A stretch of 63,008 bases of DNA, filler included, from Reclinomonas americana ATCC 50394 (Eukaryota), in the NCBI GenBank assembly GCA_048213135.1. It is 6 parts of one record of this genome, joined end to end, with 100 filler letters (N's around TTAATTAATTAA, not from the genome) between each part and the next. Parts side by side here need not be neighbours in the genome. Positions count along the whole stretch, not along the records: positions 56,080 to 63,008 come from PS015020.1; 5 more parts are not named here. The stretch is one strand, 5' to 3'. Below are positions 62,934-63,008 of this stretch, one piece after another; position 1 is the stretch's first letter; each line of letters begins with the position of its first letter. Position numbers and translations under genes: made by a program. Below the pieces are notes generated by a model, which saw nothing but the letters and a program-made list of their open reading frames with translations, did not search any database and was not told the DNA's origin.

Positions 62934-62986
<53 letters not shown>

Positions 62987-63008
62987 AGAGAGGAGAGAGA
63001 GAGAGAGA

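Overview
Gene-dense, GC-rich eukaryotic (protist-like) draft-assembly DNA with canonical GT-AG introns. Introns are mostly 60-90 nt left of ~37 kb and often long and purine/pyrimidine-repeat-filled to the right. The window has many N gaps, five artificial TTAATTAATTAA linkers, and several gap-bounded contigs that appear inverted. Exons were stitched by hand, so coordinates are gene spans including introns. Gene content in order: Crinkler-type NTPase + restriction-endonuclease-fold + HhH protein; intronless WD40 protein; tandem array of four two-exon genes for 58-65 aa MGS-starting peptides (missed or misread by the ORF track); CBM25-like + sucrose-phosphatase-type HAD; NOL6/Utp22; atypical Ras-family GTPase; isoaspartyl peptidase/asparaginase; partial UTP20; two ankyrin-RING E3 ligases; two paralogous unknown multi-pass membrane proteins; ABM-domain membrane protein; UBA + 2x discoidin + USP25/28-like deubiquitinase; divergent GPD2-like flavoprotein; PSI-domain single-pass protein. 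The best candidate for an undescribed system is the micro-peptide array, possibly acting with the adjacent WD40 and NTPase-nuclease genes. That functional link is inference only. No rRNA, tRNA, CRISPR array or transposase was recognised.
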